A DNA stretch of 64,000 nucleotides from Carcharhinus amblyrhynchos (Eukaryota), in contig OZ336875.1 of the NCBI GenBank assembly GCA_965287045.1, positions 78,244,001 through 78,308,000 on the forward strand, read 5' to 3'. A program made the position numbers and the translations under genes. The notes below the pieces were generated by a model. It saw only the letters and a list, made by a program, of their open reading frames with translations. It was not told the origin of the DNA and ran no database searches. Below are positions 34,331-48,061 of the stretch, piece after piece (within the stretch, counting starts at the first letter, position 1; every line of letters begins with the position of its first letter).

Positions 34331-36729
34331 ATCTGGATTTGATTCTGACGTTCCTTCTCTTTGGTTGCCAATTGCCAACTTCTTCCAATTACTTTAAGTA
34401 CAGCATTGGAGTGGAAATTATGTCATGTGGGCTGTCATCACACCCACTAACAGTAATTGGCCAGGAACCCCAGGAATTATATGGTAATACAGTTGCTGGG
34501 TTAAAAAGACAGGAAATCATCTGTGCACTACCAAACCTACCCTCCTCCCATCCCTATCACCCACAGTACATTGGGGAATCAAAATCCAACCTTTGTATAT
34601 TTTTCAGTAAATGTCTAGAATACTGCATTATGGGCTTGTAGATCTGATATCACACCTTATGTGAAGTTTTCTTGTTCTTTGCTGTGCCTTTCCTAAAAAA
34701 GGCTCCAAATGAAGGCAAATAAACATCCCACAAGAATGGATAGTTGAATCAATTTAGCCATTAATCCATTTCTGTTGTAGCGGCTGGAAGCCAAGGTAAA
34801 TATTCAAGTTTTAAATACATTTTCTTTCAAGATTAATTGTTTTAGTACCAAGGAAGAAAATGTGTTCCATTTCATAATGCACCTAGTGCCAACATTAAGT
34901 ACTTCCACTTCAGATATTGCATAGGCATATGTTCCATTTCCTACCTCAACCATCCTTAAGTCTTTTGGTTGATGCTGTGCTGAATCAGGACCAGTTTTGC
35001 TGTGAGCCTGTCTATTAAGAAGTGGATTGAGATTCTCCAAATTCATCAGGTTTAGTGGACAATTTCTAAGTTTGACCTGCACTCTGAGCAGCAACAGATT
35101 AAAATATGTGCAAATTAAGGGAAATATTTATTTCTATTTCACTGCACACATTGTAGGAAAGACTGAGGCAGGCTTTGGGATCTTAGAAAAGGACGGGCTG
35201 GCTTGCTTTTCACAGAAGTGTCCATTTAAAATAAAAACTGTAAATCTTGAAGTGTATAAAAACAGAAAGTTTAAAACACGCCAACACATAATATTTTTGA
35301 CTGACCTTCATAACCCCATTAATTTTAGTACTGAATAGCTATGAGGTCAGGTCACTCAATTCTTTCATTTTTAAATATATTCTACAGGTAATATTTCAGT
35401 GGGAGGACCATTACATAGAGTTAAAAAGTCAACAAAGCAACACTGCTCCTCCTTGCTAAACATAATACCCTGAAATCCTGCTGATTGCACTGTTAGTTTC
35501 AGTGTTAATATTTTATTGTCTTGCCATATGACATGCATGGTATTTAATTCCAGATCCCCATGAAAATCGTTTGATGGTGTGGTAAAGAGGAAAAAAGTCA
35601 AGAGAATGTGGTTTCCTTTATGTTGATCTTGAATACAGCATCATTCTTTGGGCTTTGTAATCTCAGTGAATTCTAAGTAGGAATTATTGGTCAGAGAAAT
35701 GAATCAATGATACTGAGAGAGAAAATCACCATATTCTGAATTGCTGCTGTAAGCAGTTGATTAATAAAATGAGATTAATTTTTGTGGGTATTTATAGATT
35801 ATTTTTGCTTTTGCTGTCCCAGTACCGCTGATGTTCATACAATGTAAAGACTTAAGAAAAATTGAAACCTAGATTTGCAATTGAATACTCTTTTACTAAA
35901 ACATTGTTGCAAATTTACTCAGCAACTTGCATTCTAATAGCACCTTTAATATTAAAAATGCCCCAAGGCATTTCATAGAGAGTTGCAGTAATCCCCGTAA
36001 AATCTAGGACATCTGAAGGACATCTCCCAATGTCCATATGTAACATTTGTACAGCTGCCAATTCCAATTCTGCAATATCCTTATGCATATGTTATGAAAT
36101 TTTAATATTGCAGAATTATGAAAGATAAAGCTAAATGTCAAATCCTTTCATGTGCTTCATTTTCATTATTGGGCAGAGAATTATGCCAACTAATTTTAAT
36201 ACTTAGCAGTTCAATTAAGTCTTTGTGAATTTTTTATATGGTGTTAAACTGAAGCATTTGTACATTTCTGGCATCGTTTTCTCCCAGAAACATGGCAAAG
36301 AGCTGTTTCCACAATGAATCATTGAAGTACAACCAAGTCACCTCAACCCTCAATAATAGAAACTAACATTAATTTTACTAGAATTTATCATCTCTAAATG
36401 TTAATATCACCCTTTGAGCAATTTATTTTGTTCCACTTCTCTTACTCTTAAACTCATTGTTCTCCTCCTATCCATCCAAGTAACATAAAAAATTCTCACC
36501 AAGGTATTTTCACTGCTTTCCTTCCTAAGTATGCATTGAGTGACTTCTCATCCTCATTGATTTTAACCTCCATCTCAATTCATCACATTTTCCCTCTCCT
36601 TTAAGTTCATTGTCCTCCCTTAAATTCTCAACAACTTGTATTTACATAAGCTTTTAGTGCAGCAAAGTGTCCAAAGGTGCTTCACAGAAGCACTAATGAA
36701 CGTTATTTTTGTCATAATTTAGTGCATCA

Positions 36730-37790
36730 TGACTCGGTCTTTTTCTGGTTCAAGATGTAATGAGTGATGTGCCGGGGCTCAACCTTTTACAGTTTATATA
36801 AATGTCTTGGAATGGATAGATGGTTTTATGATGACCACAAAGGCCATGGGGCAATCAGCAGTAGATCTATTTAGGGGCTTCATGGAATATGAACTGACTT
36901 ATTGAGCACGCAGATGCAAAACAGCAAGGGGTTTTTAAGCTTTAACCGTAGCTGGACCTGAGTTGTAGGTCCTAAGATGAACATTACTTGACTGCAAGCT
37001 GCAGGAGTGGCCTTTTCCTTTGGTGCACAATAAAAGGAGTTGGTGACAGGAAACTGGCACTTGGCTGAATTACTAGAGATAGCATGAATGCTAATTTGGT
37101 GATGGCACAAAGAGAGGTAGGAAAATATGTTTTGAAATGGGCATAAAGAGGCTACAAAGTGATATACCTTAGTGGGCAACGATCTGGAAAATAATAAAAA
37201 AGAATCATATTATCTAAATTGTGAGAAATTGCAGAGCTAGGAGGTACAGAGGGGTCTGGATGTCCTGGTGAAAGAATCACAGAATGCTAATATGCAGACA
37301 CAGCAAGTAATTAGGAAAATTAATAGAAAGTTATTGTTTATTGGGAAAGGAATTGATTACAAAAGTAGGGAGGTTATGCTTCAGTTGTACAAGGTATTGG
37401 TGAGACCACATTTGGAGTATTGTGTACAGTATTGGTCTCCTTATTTAAGGAAACTTGTAAATGTGTTGGAAGTAGCTTGGAGGAGGTCTGTCTAACTGAT
37501 ACCAGGAATGGATGGGTTGTCTTATGAAGAAAGATTGGACAGGCTGGACTTGGATCCACTGGAGTAAGATGTGACTTGATTGGAAGCTTTAAGAATCTGG
37601 GAGGTCTTCATAAAGGAGATGTGGAGCAGATATTTTCTCTTGTGGGAGAATCTAGAACTAAAGATCAAGGTTTATAAATAAGGCTTATTTAAGACAGAGA
37701 TGAGGAGAATATGAGGGTTATGTGTCTTTAAACTCTTGTCCTCAAAAGGCAGTGGAAGTAGGGTGTTTGAATATTTTTGAGATAAAGCCA
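36730..37790 (+). mobile_element. CR1 RT and 3' fragments (two pieces with a gap ~36850-37150)
   Basis: GAQPFTVYINVL at ~36775; ORF 37268-37495 GIDYKSREVMLQLYKVLVRPHLEYCVQYWSPYLRK. Confidence 0.8.
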
Positions 37791-38292
37791 GAAAGATCAA
37801 GAACTCAGTGCTTGATTGAGGGACCTGGCATCATGAACAGCCAATTGAGGCAATCCTGTCCTTGCTACTACCTGACCAATATCCCTCTACTCCACCCACG
37901 TTGGCAATCCCACCCTGTGAAATCCCTCTCGTTATGACTTACCTATGGTTGGGTTACTCTTCAATCTTGGGCTTCAAGAGGCTGTTGTTCTGGCAGCAAC
38001 TGCCACATCCCTGCTGATGCTGGTGAGCGAAAGGGCTTCCGATGGCCCTCAGTGGGCGGAATTTCTTCTCTCAAGGTCTTTGATCCAGTTATGTACTGAT
38101 AGGACTTGCTGGAGAAAGTAACAGGGACCTCTATTTGGTTCTTCACCCAGTAGGCAAGACTTCCAACACCTCCATAAACCTACCACCACCGAGTGTCTGC
38201 AACAGCTTTGCTGTCACTTCAAAATCGGGCCATTATAAGATGCAAAAGGAGTGTATTGCTTAAAGAGAGATGAGTTTCAATAGATGAATTTT

Positions 38293-38592
38293 CATAGAAA
38301 TCCCACCGTGCAGAAGGAGGCCATTTCGCTCATCAAGTCTGCACTGATGACAATCCAATCCCAGGTCCTATCCTCACAACACATTTATCCTGATAAACCC
38401 TCTAACCTACACATTCTGGGACACTAAGGGGAAATTTAGCATGACCAATCAACCTAACCCGCACATCTTTGGACTGTGGGACGAAACCAGAGTGCCCAGA
38501 GGAAACCCAGGTTGACACGGGAAGAATGTACAAACTCCACACAGACAGTGACCCAAGCCAGGAATTGAACCACTGTGCTACTGTGTTGCCCC
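38293..38592 (-). mobile_element. HE1/V-domain SINE
   Basis: CACATCTTTGGACTGTGGGACGAAACCAGAG...AAACTCCACACAGACAGTGACCCAAGCC. Confidence 0.9.
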
Positions 38593-38812
38593 TTGCCTTG
38601 TGCTATTGTCTCATCCTTGAATATTCCTACGTTAAGGCTGAGGTAACAGTTTGGCTTTGGGAATTGTCTCGAATCTGTCCCTAATCTGCTGTTGGAAGTA
38701 AAATTTTTGCCATATTTGTAGAAAAGTTATGTCAGTGAAGTGAGTGCAGAACAAAGGAAACTCTTTTCATTTGAAATAGATTCCAAGATTTTGGTACCCA
38801 GGTCTAACAAAT

Positions 38813-39021
38813 CAGTAAGAAGTCTTACAACACCAGGTTAAAGTCTAACAGGTTAATTTGGTATCACAAGCTTTCAGAGCGCTGCTCCTTCATCAGGTAA
38901 ATGGCCTGAAGGAACAGTGCTCAGAATGCTTGTGTTACCAAATAAACCTTTTGGACTTTAACCTGGCGTTGTGAGACTTCTTACTGGCCCACCCCAGTCA
39001 AAGCCGGCATCTCCACCTCAT
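38813..39021. mobile_element. ~210-bp fold-back Penelope pLTR (no ORF)
   Basis: Arms 38813-38898 and ~38904-38986 are imperfect reverse complements. Family tail CCCCAGTC..AGCCGGCATCTCCAC on the right. Confidence 0.85.
38865..38898 (-). ncRNA. Minimal hammerhead ribozyme-like motif in Penelope pLTR
   Basis: Minus strand AC-CTGATGA-AGGAGC-AGC-GCTCT-GAAA-GCTT-GTG: CUGAUGA and GAAA cores, stem II, short AGCT stem III. Confidence 0.65.
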
Positions 39022-39102
39022 GACAACAAAGAATCAATATAGCTTGCACTTTTCTTGTCATTATAATTTACTGGAAGTCAAGAAATGCCAGCTGAGAAAG
39101 AA

Positions 39103-39372
39103 GGATACATTTATATATCCCCTTCTTAGATCACAAGATACCACAAGGTACTTTTAAGTGTTGTAATGAAGGGAATAATCAAGTTGCATACAGCAAGGTC
39201 CTGCAAAAGTAATGTGATAATAATCAATCAGTTTTTAGTGGTGTTGGTTGAAGGATAATTGTTGATCAGGGCATAAAGATTAGCTGTCCATCCCTTTGTC
39301 GAATAGTGTCATGAGATCTTTTATGCCCACCTGAGAAGCTGACAGGGTCTTGATGAAGCATCTCATTTAAAA
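39103..39372 (-). mobile_element. Deu-domain SINE
   Basis: Reverse complement of the Deu core (GAATAGTGTCATGAGATCTTTTATGCCCACCTGAGA..GACAGGG) plus tail. Confidence 0.75.
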
Positions 39373-40460
39373 TTTAATTTTTAAATCTCTGGTCATAGTT
39401 TAACTTCAATAAGTTCAGCTGATATACAAAACTAGCTTGCAATTATCCAGCTTTTTCAATGCAGAAAAACATACCACACCACACAGAAGTATAATGAACA
39501 CTGAGCAAGAAGGCTTATTTAAAAGGTTGGCTTTATGGAGGGATCTAAAGGAAAAGTCGGAGATTAAGAGCTGTGAGGCCTTAGGGAAGAAATTATATTT
39601 GAAAAATGCTCACACTTCTATTCAATACTGGAAAAGCAGCATATTTGAAAGCAGTAACTGTGCATTGTTTTTATGGACATGCTTCAAGAGAAAAGTCTAT
39701 GTGCTAAAGGCAGCAAAATGTAATGTCTGGACAAGTCTTGTGCAGTGCTTTTGCATATCAAAGAGATGGAATCTTTATATGATTCTTCCAGACAGCCCAC
39801 ATGGAAAAGGAGTTTGGAATGAAAAGGTTAATAATTTTAGGTTTTGGTGGTTTATCATGTTTCATGATGTAACATAACCTGAAATAGGTCATAACCTCGG
39901 GCTTCAAAATGCTATAAACATTAATGGTCAGTAACGAATACACTGGTGATATTCCTCTAATGAAAATAAATGCAGCCTTTGATAACTGATTCGTGGCAAT
40001 ATTTGTTCATGTTTAAACCAAAAAAGGTTAAGCGCAAATATAGAGAGAATAAGGACACAAACAACACAATAACAACCTACATTTGCCTTTGTTGCTTTCA
40101 CAGTTCAATATTTCTGAATTAATCCCTTAACCTAAAATGCAATCCTAACACAAACTGGCATGTGAGTGTATCACTATTTGTGAGCCAAGATTAAAATAAA
40201 TAGAATTTTATAATACAAGATGTCATAGTTCATTATCAATCTTTCAGTCCCTTTACGAACTCATTGTATTTTCTGTAGGGCTGAGGGGAAAATGTTTGTC
40301 TGTAATTAGTGAAGTCCACCTTAAGTCAGGTGCTGACAGGTGGTAAGTGAATCATAAACTTCTACCTGAGTTATTGCTTTATCCACTTCCGACGCAGGTG
40401 ACTGCTGGGAAATAGGCTGAGGAATGAAACCATGTTTGCCAGAAGGCTTGTGATGTGAAA

Positions 40461-40565
40461 GGAAAAGACTTGCACTTACATAGCATCTTTCATGACCTCA
40501 GAATGCCTTAAAACACTTTACATTTAATTAATTAGTTTTGAAATGTAGTAATGATTGTAATATAG
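40461..40565 (-). mobile_element. Deu-SINE/L2-type 3' tail fragment
   Basis: AAAGACTTGCACTTACATAGCATCTTTCATGACCTCAG...CACTTTACA. Confidence 0.6.
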
Positions 40566-41312
40566 AATTTAATTGAAACATATTGGATGAAATCTTACCA
40601 AAAATAGCAGAGGGGCAATCTTATCAAAACATTCTAAATGCTGAATGAACATGAAAACAGGAGGGAATCACTCTCATCCACTAGCTTATGGCACTTAGAA
40701 AAAAAAAGACCCCCAACTGCGATTCTCACCAGTAAGGGGAGTGGACGGAGTCTATTTGTACCAAGAAGTGGGCTACTGACTTCTAGAGGGCACTTTTGTG
40801 CATGCACCCTGGTCTCCCAATACACTGTGTACAAGAGTACATAGTGCACTGGGAACCTGGCACTCCACCCACCACCCCCCCAGACATCACCCCCTGACTG
40901 ATTGTCACCCCCATTCATCCCCTACTGCTAGGCTGATAGTACTGGGGGGGGTGAAGGCTGGTGGGGGCCGGCCATCAGAGTTGGAACTGTTCATTGGAGA
41001 TCGAGGCCAGTGATTGAGGATTGGGGCTAGCCATCAAAGGCCGGGGCCAGCTATCAGGTGGCTGTTGATGTGTTGGTGCAGGGGGTAGGGGCCAGCAATC
41101 AGGAGGCCGGTGATGTTTGGGGTGGAAGTCAACCGATCTCCTAGTAAATTGGGAGATTGGCACATGCATGATGGCCCCCTGCTGCTGGCCTCTCCTGTGG
41201 GTTTAGGCTCCCCCACAGCCTCACTATAATGGATCATGGCCTCTGTATTGCAGAGAGCTTGCCCAGGAAATGGGCAGGAAAACCTCCCATTTTCCTGCTC
41301 ATTGGACATTTT

Positions 41313-42362
41313 GGGCCCGATTTTACCATCAGGTTGCATCTGTTTTCTGGCGCAAAAACTTAGTAAGGTTGGGTGTGAGGCGAGTAGTGCAATCTGTAAC
41401 CACCTCCATGCCTGCTACCCTTTTACCAATGCCAAAATAGCCGCGAACCATGCCCAAAACGGGTTTGACGGCAATTTAAATGTATTTGCATGCATTTAAG
41501 TTGACTTAATGGACTGGATGCCCAAACCTACCAGCATCACCCCCTTTACCACTGTGTTTCTCTGTCCAAATTCAGGGCAAAACAGACACAGTCCACAAAG
41601 GCCTGACTCAGGCACTCCAGCTGCTGAGGAGATAGGTTCAGAGCTTCCAGTGGCCCTCTGACTCAGGTTGGTTGTGGGGTAGTGGGGGAGGGAGACAGAT
41701 CAGATAGCTCTCTGGATGGGGGGGCATAGAAGAAGGCAGGTCAAATGGCTCTCTGATGTGGGGGCAGGGGGCAGGCTATGGGTCAGATGGCTCTCTGGTG
41801 GGGAGGGAGATGAGTCAGATGGCTTTCTGGTGAGGGGTGGGGGGAGGAAGGTAGGTCAGATGGCTCTCTGGTGGGGGGGAAGGGAGGTGAGTCAGATCGC
41901 TCTCTGGTAGCGGGGGATGGCAGTGGGAGGCAGGTCAGATGGTTCTCTGGTGGGGTCCGCTGTCTCTCTGTGTGCGATCGATGGGGGAAGGGGACCGCAA
42001 TCGATCTGGGTGGCAGGGGGATGGGGGCATAAAGGGGACTGTTATGTTGTGGGGGTGGGGAAATGTCTATGGGGGTCAGGGAGGAGGCTTTACCCGACCT
42101 GAGAGCGACGTGGCAGGGAGCATTTTTCTATTTTTTTTACTGCGCATGCAGGGTTGAAGGCTCGGATCAGAGCTGCAGTGTTTCGGGCACGTTAAGCCCT
42201 GCCCACAGGCTTGTGCAGTGCGATTCAGAATCGCTGCTATTTTTTCAGGCAGAGGGTGTATGGGGAGGGTGGTGTGGGGGGGTGCCTGAGATCGGGTCTA
42301 AAAGTCAGATCCGAAACATTCCCGGATTCAGCTCTTAAAATCAAAATGGTAAAATCGGGCCC
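41313..42362. mobile_element. Non-autonomous TIR element B, PIF/Harbinger-like
   Basis: Perfect 17-bp TIR GGGCCCGATTTTACCAT (41313-41329 / 42346-42362) with a 3-bp TSD TTT; CpG-rich. Confidence 0.85.
41695..41956. repeat. G-rich minisatellite (~7 units, ~33-42 bp) inside element B
   Basis: Core GTCAGATGGCTCTCTGGTGGGG recurs at ~41698, 41739, 41781, 41814, 41854, 41891 and 41933. Confidence 0.8.
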
Positions 42363-43129
42363 TTTGATTTGTTTTGGGAAAATCGCCCCCCCTATGTTTC
42401 TGACAAGTCTTCTAAAAGTCATTACATTTTCAGTGTTCAAAACGAAATCATTCCAAGTATCAACAAACCTATGTGAAAAAATTGTGAATATCAAGACATG
42501 AAGTAAATTTCTGTAATTTGTACTTATGACCACACAAAATACTATATTGCAGGTGAAGAACCTTTCAGGCTGGGGTTCAGTAAGGCCATATATCAATTTC
42601 TAAACTTCAACTGAATCAAAAATCAGTCCTTTCTCTCTAAAGGTTGTAATCCAAAAATTCTTCAGTTCTCCATTTTGGAACCAAAATAGCATCCATAATG
42701 CCAAAAATACAGGCCCAAGCAATGAAATTCTTTGCCCATTTGTTCGTATCTAATAAGTTCATGTGTAAACGTTATTGTATGTGGTTATTTGAGTTTCAGT
42801 GACATAATTAAACATTTGCCAAGTTTTTGCACAGCTAAGTACAGTGTAATGAAATATTCTGCACCAACATGTATTTGTATGTTGTCTTCATTGTATCTAT
42901 CCCATTGAATGAATGACCTTGTGTCACATTACAGATATGCAGCTGATGGGAGATATTTGTTTCTCCTCTGTTTGTCTACTCATGCTTCAGGAACCCATTG
43001 ATATTACAGAGTGAGAAAATATGAGCCCTTGAATGTGTGATAAGTTTCAGAACAGTGACATAGGTGCTAATATTGTTGGTAGTTAATACTTTCTGGCTAA
43101 ATTCACAGTTGAAGTCATAAATTACTTTT

Positions 43130-44275
43130 CAGAAATAGAGGATAACCAAGGAGTAAATAAGAATGAGGAATGCAAAGTAATTAATATTAGGAGAATAAAT
43201 GTATTCAAGAAATATTAGGCAATAAAAGCTGACCAAACGCCAGGACATGATGGCTTATATTCTAGGTTTCTAAAAGAGGTAGCCCCAGAGTTAGTGGATA
43301 CACTGATTACGATATCACAAAGCATCCTAGATTCTGAAATGGGATTAGAAGTTAAAAAACTTACCACCCTTCAAGAATGGAAGAAGAGTGGAAACAGAAC
43401 CGCAGGCCAATTAGATTGACATCAGTCATTGAGAAAATGCTGGAATCCATGATTGAGGAAGTCTTACCAATATACTTAGAAACTCACAGTATGATCAGAA
43501 ATGTCAACTTGACTTTATACGAAAGTGAAATCATATTTGATAACTTTAGCAGAGTTTTTAAGGATGGAACTAATGAGGTAGACAAAAGGGAAGGTGATAG
43601 ATCTATTATACTTGGATTTTAAAAAGGCATTCGATAATTATGCAGTCAAATGGTTAATGCATGAACTGCTCACAGAGTTGGGGGCAATATATTGGCATGG
43701 TTGGAGGATTGGTTAATGAACAGGGTGTAAAGAGTAAGTATAAAAAGGGGCATTTTCAGTTTGGCAGGCTATATCAAATGGAGCAGCACAAGAAACAGTA
43801 CTGGGACCTCAGCTTTTTACAATCTGCGTTAATGAGTTGGACAGAAGAGACCAAAAGTTATGTATGTAAGTTTGCTGACAATAGAAATCTAAGGTGGGGG
43901 GGGTGGGGGGATGTAACCTGTGAGGAGGACACAAAGGGGCTGCAAAAAGATATAGACAGATTGTGTGAGTGGGCAACACGGTGGCAGATGGAGTATAATG
44001 TGGGCAAATCTGAGGTTATTCACTTTGGTACTAAGAACAAAAAAAGAGAATATGTCTTATGAAGCATAAAACATACACATTTTGATGTTCAGAGAGACTT
44101 GGATGTACTTGTACAAGAAATAGAGCAAGTAATTAGGAAATAACATGTTGGTCTCTATAGCAATGGGATTGGAGTATAAGAATAAAAAATCTTACTAATT
44201 TGTATAGGGATTTGGTGAGACAAGACCTAAAGTATTGTGTGCTGTTTTGATCGCCATGTCTAAGGAAGGTTTGTG
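43130..44275 (+). mobile_element. CR1 RT region, decayed
   Basis: RPIRLTSVIEKMLES; YLDF*KAFD; KFADNRNL; LQKDIDRLCEWATRWQMEYNVGKSEVIHFG. Confidence 0.9.
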
Positions 44276-44744
44276 CAGTTTTCTGCAGAAAAGCTATAGA
44301 ATTTATCGTTTAAATTATATCCTTGCCAAAGTGCATTACGAGTCCCAGAAAAGAAAATTTACTAGACATTTTGGCAACATAAAAGGCTTTCAATTCCCTT
44401 CTTATAGTGCTAATATTGCTTTAATAGGGAGAACAGAAGATTGCATGGAATGTACATGAGATAACCCACAGTCGGTTATCTATGCAGCAGATGTGTAAGT
44501 GACTGTAAACCTGATGATTCACCATTTCTCATTGCCACTTGGCAACCCCAGTAGACAGAATATTAACCTGCTCAACAGAAGGTCATGGTAAGAACCAGAC
44601 TTTAAAGCGGATGTGGTTTTGACAGAAGCAGCTGAGATACAGCATTACTTCATTTCATAGAAAGGGTAATTGACATTTTCACGCATTGCTGCCCATCTGT
44701 TAATGGAGTCTGAAAATACGACCCAGCTGGAGACAGGACAGAAC

Positions 44745-45400
44745 CCATAGAACGATTGAGTCACAGAAAAATGATGGTGCAGAAAAAGGCCACTCAGCCC
44801 ATCCTTCTGCACCACAAAAAAAAGTGAAAAGAAACCAGCCACTTATTTTAATCCCCTTTTCCAGAGCCCGGACCATAGCCTTGCAGGTTCCAGCAATTCA
44901 AATGCAGATCCAGGTACCTTTTAAATAAGTTGAGCATTTCAACCTCAACCACCAACTTAGGCAGATACCCAACATCCTCTGGGTAAAAAAGATTTTCTTT
45001 ATGTCCCCATTAATCCTTCCACCAATAACCTTAAATTGATATTCCTTGGTAATTCATCCCTCAGCTAGGGAAACAAGTCTTTCCTGTCTAGGCCCCTCAT
45101 AATTTTGCACACCTCAATTAGGTCACCCCTGTTCTAAGGAGAACAATCTAACCTTTCCTCATAGCTGCAACTTGCAAGCCCTGGCAACATTCTTGTAAAT
45201 CTCTTTGTCATTCGCTCCAGAGCAATTATGTCCTTCCTGTAATGTGGCGACCAGAACTGTTCACAAAACTCCAGTTGTGGCTTAACCAGCATTTTATCAT
45301 CATTGCATCCGTGTTTTTGTATTGAATACCTCGCCCAATAAAGGAAAGCATTCCATATGCTTTCTTGACCACCTTGTCCACCTGGCCTGCTACTTCATCC
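44745..45400 (-). mobile_element. CR1 3' portion
   Basis: Tail and UTR at ~44750-44900; GGCGACCAGAACTGTTCACAAAACTCCAGTTGTGG is the reverse of PQLEFCEQFWSP. Confidence 0.8.
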
Positions 45401-45599
45401 ACTTACCCAGTTTCATTTCCTAAGACTAAATCATAAGAATTGCACCTCCTCTCACTGGACTTGTTATGTGCTGGCTAAAAAAATTCTCCTGAATGCAGTT
45501 CAAGAATTTTATGCCCTCTGTGCCCTTCATTTTGTTTGTATCCCAATTGATGTTAGGTTAGTTGAAGTCCTCAAACAATTAATGTCCCATTGCTTTTGA

Positions 45600-45955
45600 C
45601 TCAAGGGATTATAAAGTCAGTCTGACATCAGCAATGGGGAAAATGCTAGAGTCTATTATAAAAGATACAATAGCAGAGCACTTGGAAAGTAATAATAGGA
45701 TTGGACAGGGTCAGTGTGGGTTTACGAAAGGCAAGTCATCCTGTCTACCTGTCTAGGACTGTAGAATTTGCTATCACAAAAAGTAGTTGAGGCCAAAACA
45801 TTGAATGTTTTCAAGAAAATGTTAGATATACCACTTGGGGTGAAGGAGATCAAAGGATATGTGGAAAAGGTAATATCAGGCTGATGAGTTAGAAGAACAG
45901 CCATAATCATAATGAATGGCAGAGCAGGCTCAATTGGCCTCCTGTTTCTATGTTT
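45600..45955 (+). mobile_element. CR1 pieces (RT start joined to 3' end)
   Basis: YKVSLTSAMGKMLESIIKD...QCGFTKGKS, followed directly by the 3' terminus ending TTTCTATGTTTCTA. Confidence 0.7.
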
Positions 45956-45999
45956 CTAGAGTTGATCATAGGTTTTCTCAAAATAAGCTTCTAATGCTC

Positions 46000-46230
46000 T
46001 GGGCAGTCCAATGGTGCTTTACAGTGCTCACCACAGATGGTGTCCATGATAATTGTCGTCTGCTACTCCTTGCACAATGTGGCACTGCAAAGGGGAGAAC
46101 AATTGCCCATCAAGGACATGGAGGAGCTGCTAACCTCCATATGTGATGAAGAATATGAGGAGGAGGACAGAGAACTCATCGCAGTTCTCTGAGATGCTAG
46201 GGCCATGGAGAGATGTGTCCGGGTTACCAA
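46000..46230 (+). pseudogene. Harbinger transposase C-terminal fragment
   Basis: NGALQCSPQMVSMIIVVCYSLHNVALQRGE, followed by an acidic stretch. Confidence 0.7.
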
Positions 46231-47739
46231 GGACAACCTCAGCTATAAAACTGACAACAAACACGGCAATTGAATTCTCTAGACTATATAGTTAGCAGTG
46301 CTTTTAACAAATGATTTACCAGAGATCACCAAGTGAGATCAGAGGCCTGAAAATCTGCAAGGAAGCTGTTTTTCTCTCTCTCAAAAGTATTTTGCTTGCA
46401 TTTAAGGAAGTATATACCTCAAAAGGAGAATCTATTGTAAACTGCTTACATATTGGGAGTAACATGTGGAAGTCTACTCCACACAGCTGCACCCAAGATG
46501 ACAACTGACCAAAATGACTGCACTGTGGAATAATCGCGTTGAGACTAGCCCAAAGGACAGTTAACTGTATATTTCTTGGATTGTTGGATTTCTTCACAAA
46601 CAGCAAAACATGTTTTAAGTTACCCTCTTATTCTACTATCATACACCTATGTGTGTGTGGGCCCAGGGAATGTGTGTGATGTATAAAGGGTGGTTGTGAT
46701 TTACCTATTTTTTCTAATTCGGGAAGTAGGATCATTAAACTTGTCTTGTTTGTTGTTTAAAATCAGAAAACCTGTCTGGCTAATTCATTATCGTTTAAAA
46801 AAAATAATAGTATTCCCACAGTATTGGCAAAGCACATCCTTCCTAAATTCACAACAAACCCTGTTATGGTCAGGCTTGGAATGGCAGGGTAGGAGAATCA
46901 TTTTACCCTTCTGCCGTAGCAATATATATATATAAACAGGAAAATGACTTACTGCTAAATCATACTCTGAAATATGTTAAAATATTGTGCAGCTTTAGTA
47001 TTTCATGTGTGTATATTTTGTCAGAATTCATCAGCCACTGAATGAGAGTAGGTAATAACTATTGACGTTTTTTTAAATACTGTTTGCTGGAAGGGTGAAT
47101 AATTGTAATAAACAGATTAGATTGTCGCCGAATGCACATTACCAAAAGGGACATGAGTTGTTATTAGATTCGGGCATTGTGGAAAATGACAGTTGTGGAA
47201 TGAAGGATACAGGAAGGTGTGGAAGTTATAACTGACTTGGATTTCTTTCTCCTTCAGATAGCTGGTTCAACATATACAATAAATGTTGTGAAACAATTCT
47301 AGTTTCAGTCAGGCGAAATCTAATTAAAGCAAACATTCTGGAAATACCGACAGTCAATCAGCATCTCAGGGTGAAGTGTAAGCGACTGGCAACTCTGAGG
47401 GGTTTCTGGCTAACATTTCAGGTTAAATCCATTGTACAGAATCAGTAATTTTAATTGTAGAGTAAGTAAATTTACACTTTGAAACCAATTGGTAGTCAGA
47501 AATTAGGTGCACAGCAAGCGATACCAAATGAAGTGATAGAGTCGATTGTCATTGTCATTTTAATTGCTAACCAAGTCTGGTTACTCTAGCATTAAGTAAA
47601 TAAGTGACTTTCAGCCACATACATAAAGAGAGAGCTCAAAGCACAAGGTAGATGAAGAAGGCCACCACAAATTGTCCAGCTTATAGATTCAGCAGAAAGA
47701 TGCCAGTGACATGAGTGGTACATATGCTTTCCTCTCAAT

Positions 47740-48061
47740 CAAAGAACAAAGAACAACACAGCACGGGAAACAGGCCCTATGGCCCAACGAGCCCGTGCTG
47801 CCATTTTAAAATTATGAGTGCCCTCCTCTACCCATGACCTTTGTCTACACCTATTGGGGAAGATTGAGGGAAGACTAATTTAGGGACAATTTGTTACATC
47901 AATCAGCCTAAGAGCACGTTTTTGGGGTATGGGAGGAAACCGGAGCACCCAGAGAAAACCCACACAATCACGGGGAGAATGTGCAAACTCCCTCAGACAC
48001 CGGCCCAAATCCATGTATCTGCACAGCAAACAGTGATAGTCACTGAGCTGTCATGTTGCCC
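47740..48061 (-). mobile_element. HE1/V-domain SINE variant
   Basis: GGGAGGAAACCGGAGCACCCAGAGAAAACCCAC...GGGGAGAATGTGCAAACTCC; AAAGAACAAAGAAC tail. Confidence 0.8.

Larger units (their letters stand above)
40612..42389. mobile_element. Non-autonomous TIR element A (host of nested element B)
   Basis: Ends GGGGCAATCTTATCAAAACA / TGTTTTGGGAAAATCGCCCC are imperfect inverted repeats. Confidence 0.6.

Noticed and set aside
39437-39877. 146-aa plus ORF
   Set aside because: Non-ATG start, partly overlapping decayed L2-like sequence, no recognisable motif or splice frame.
41695-41956. CRISPR-like repeat-spacer array
   Set aside because: Vertebrate DNA, degenerate repeats, low-complexity G-rich spacers and no cas genes; a minisatellite within a TIR element.
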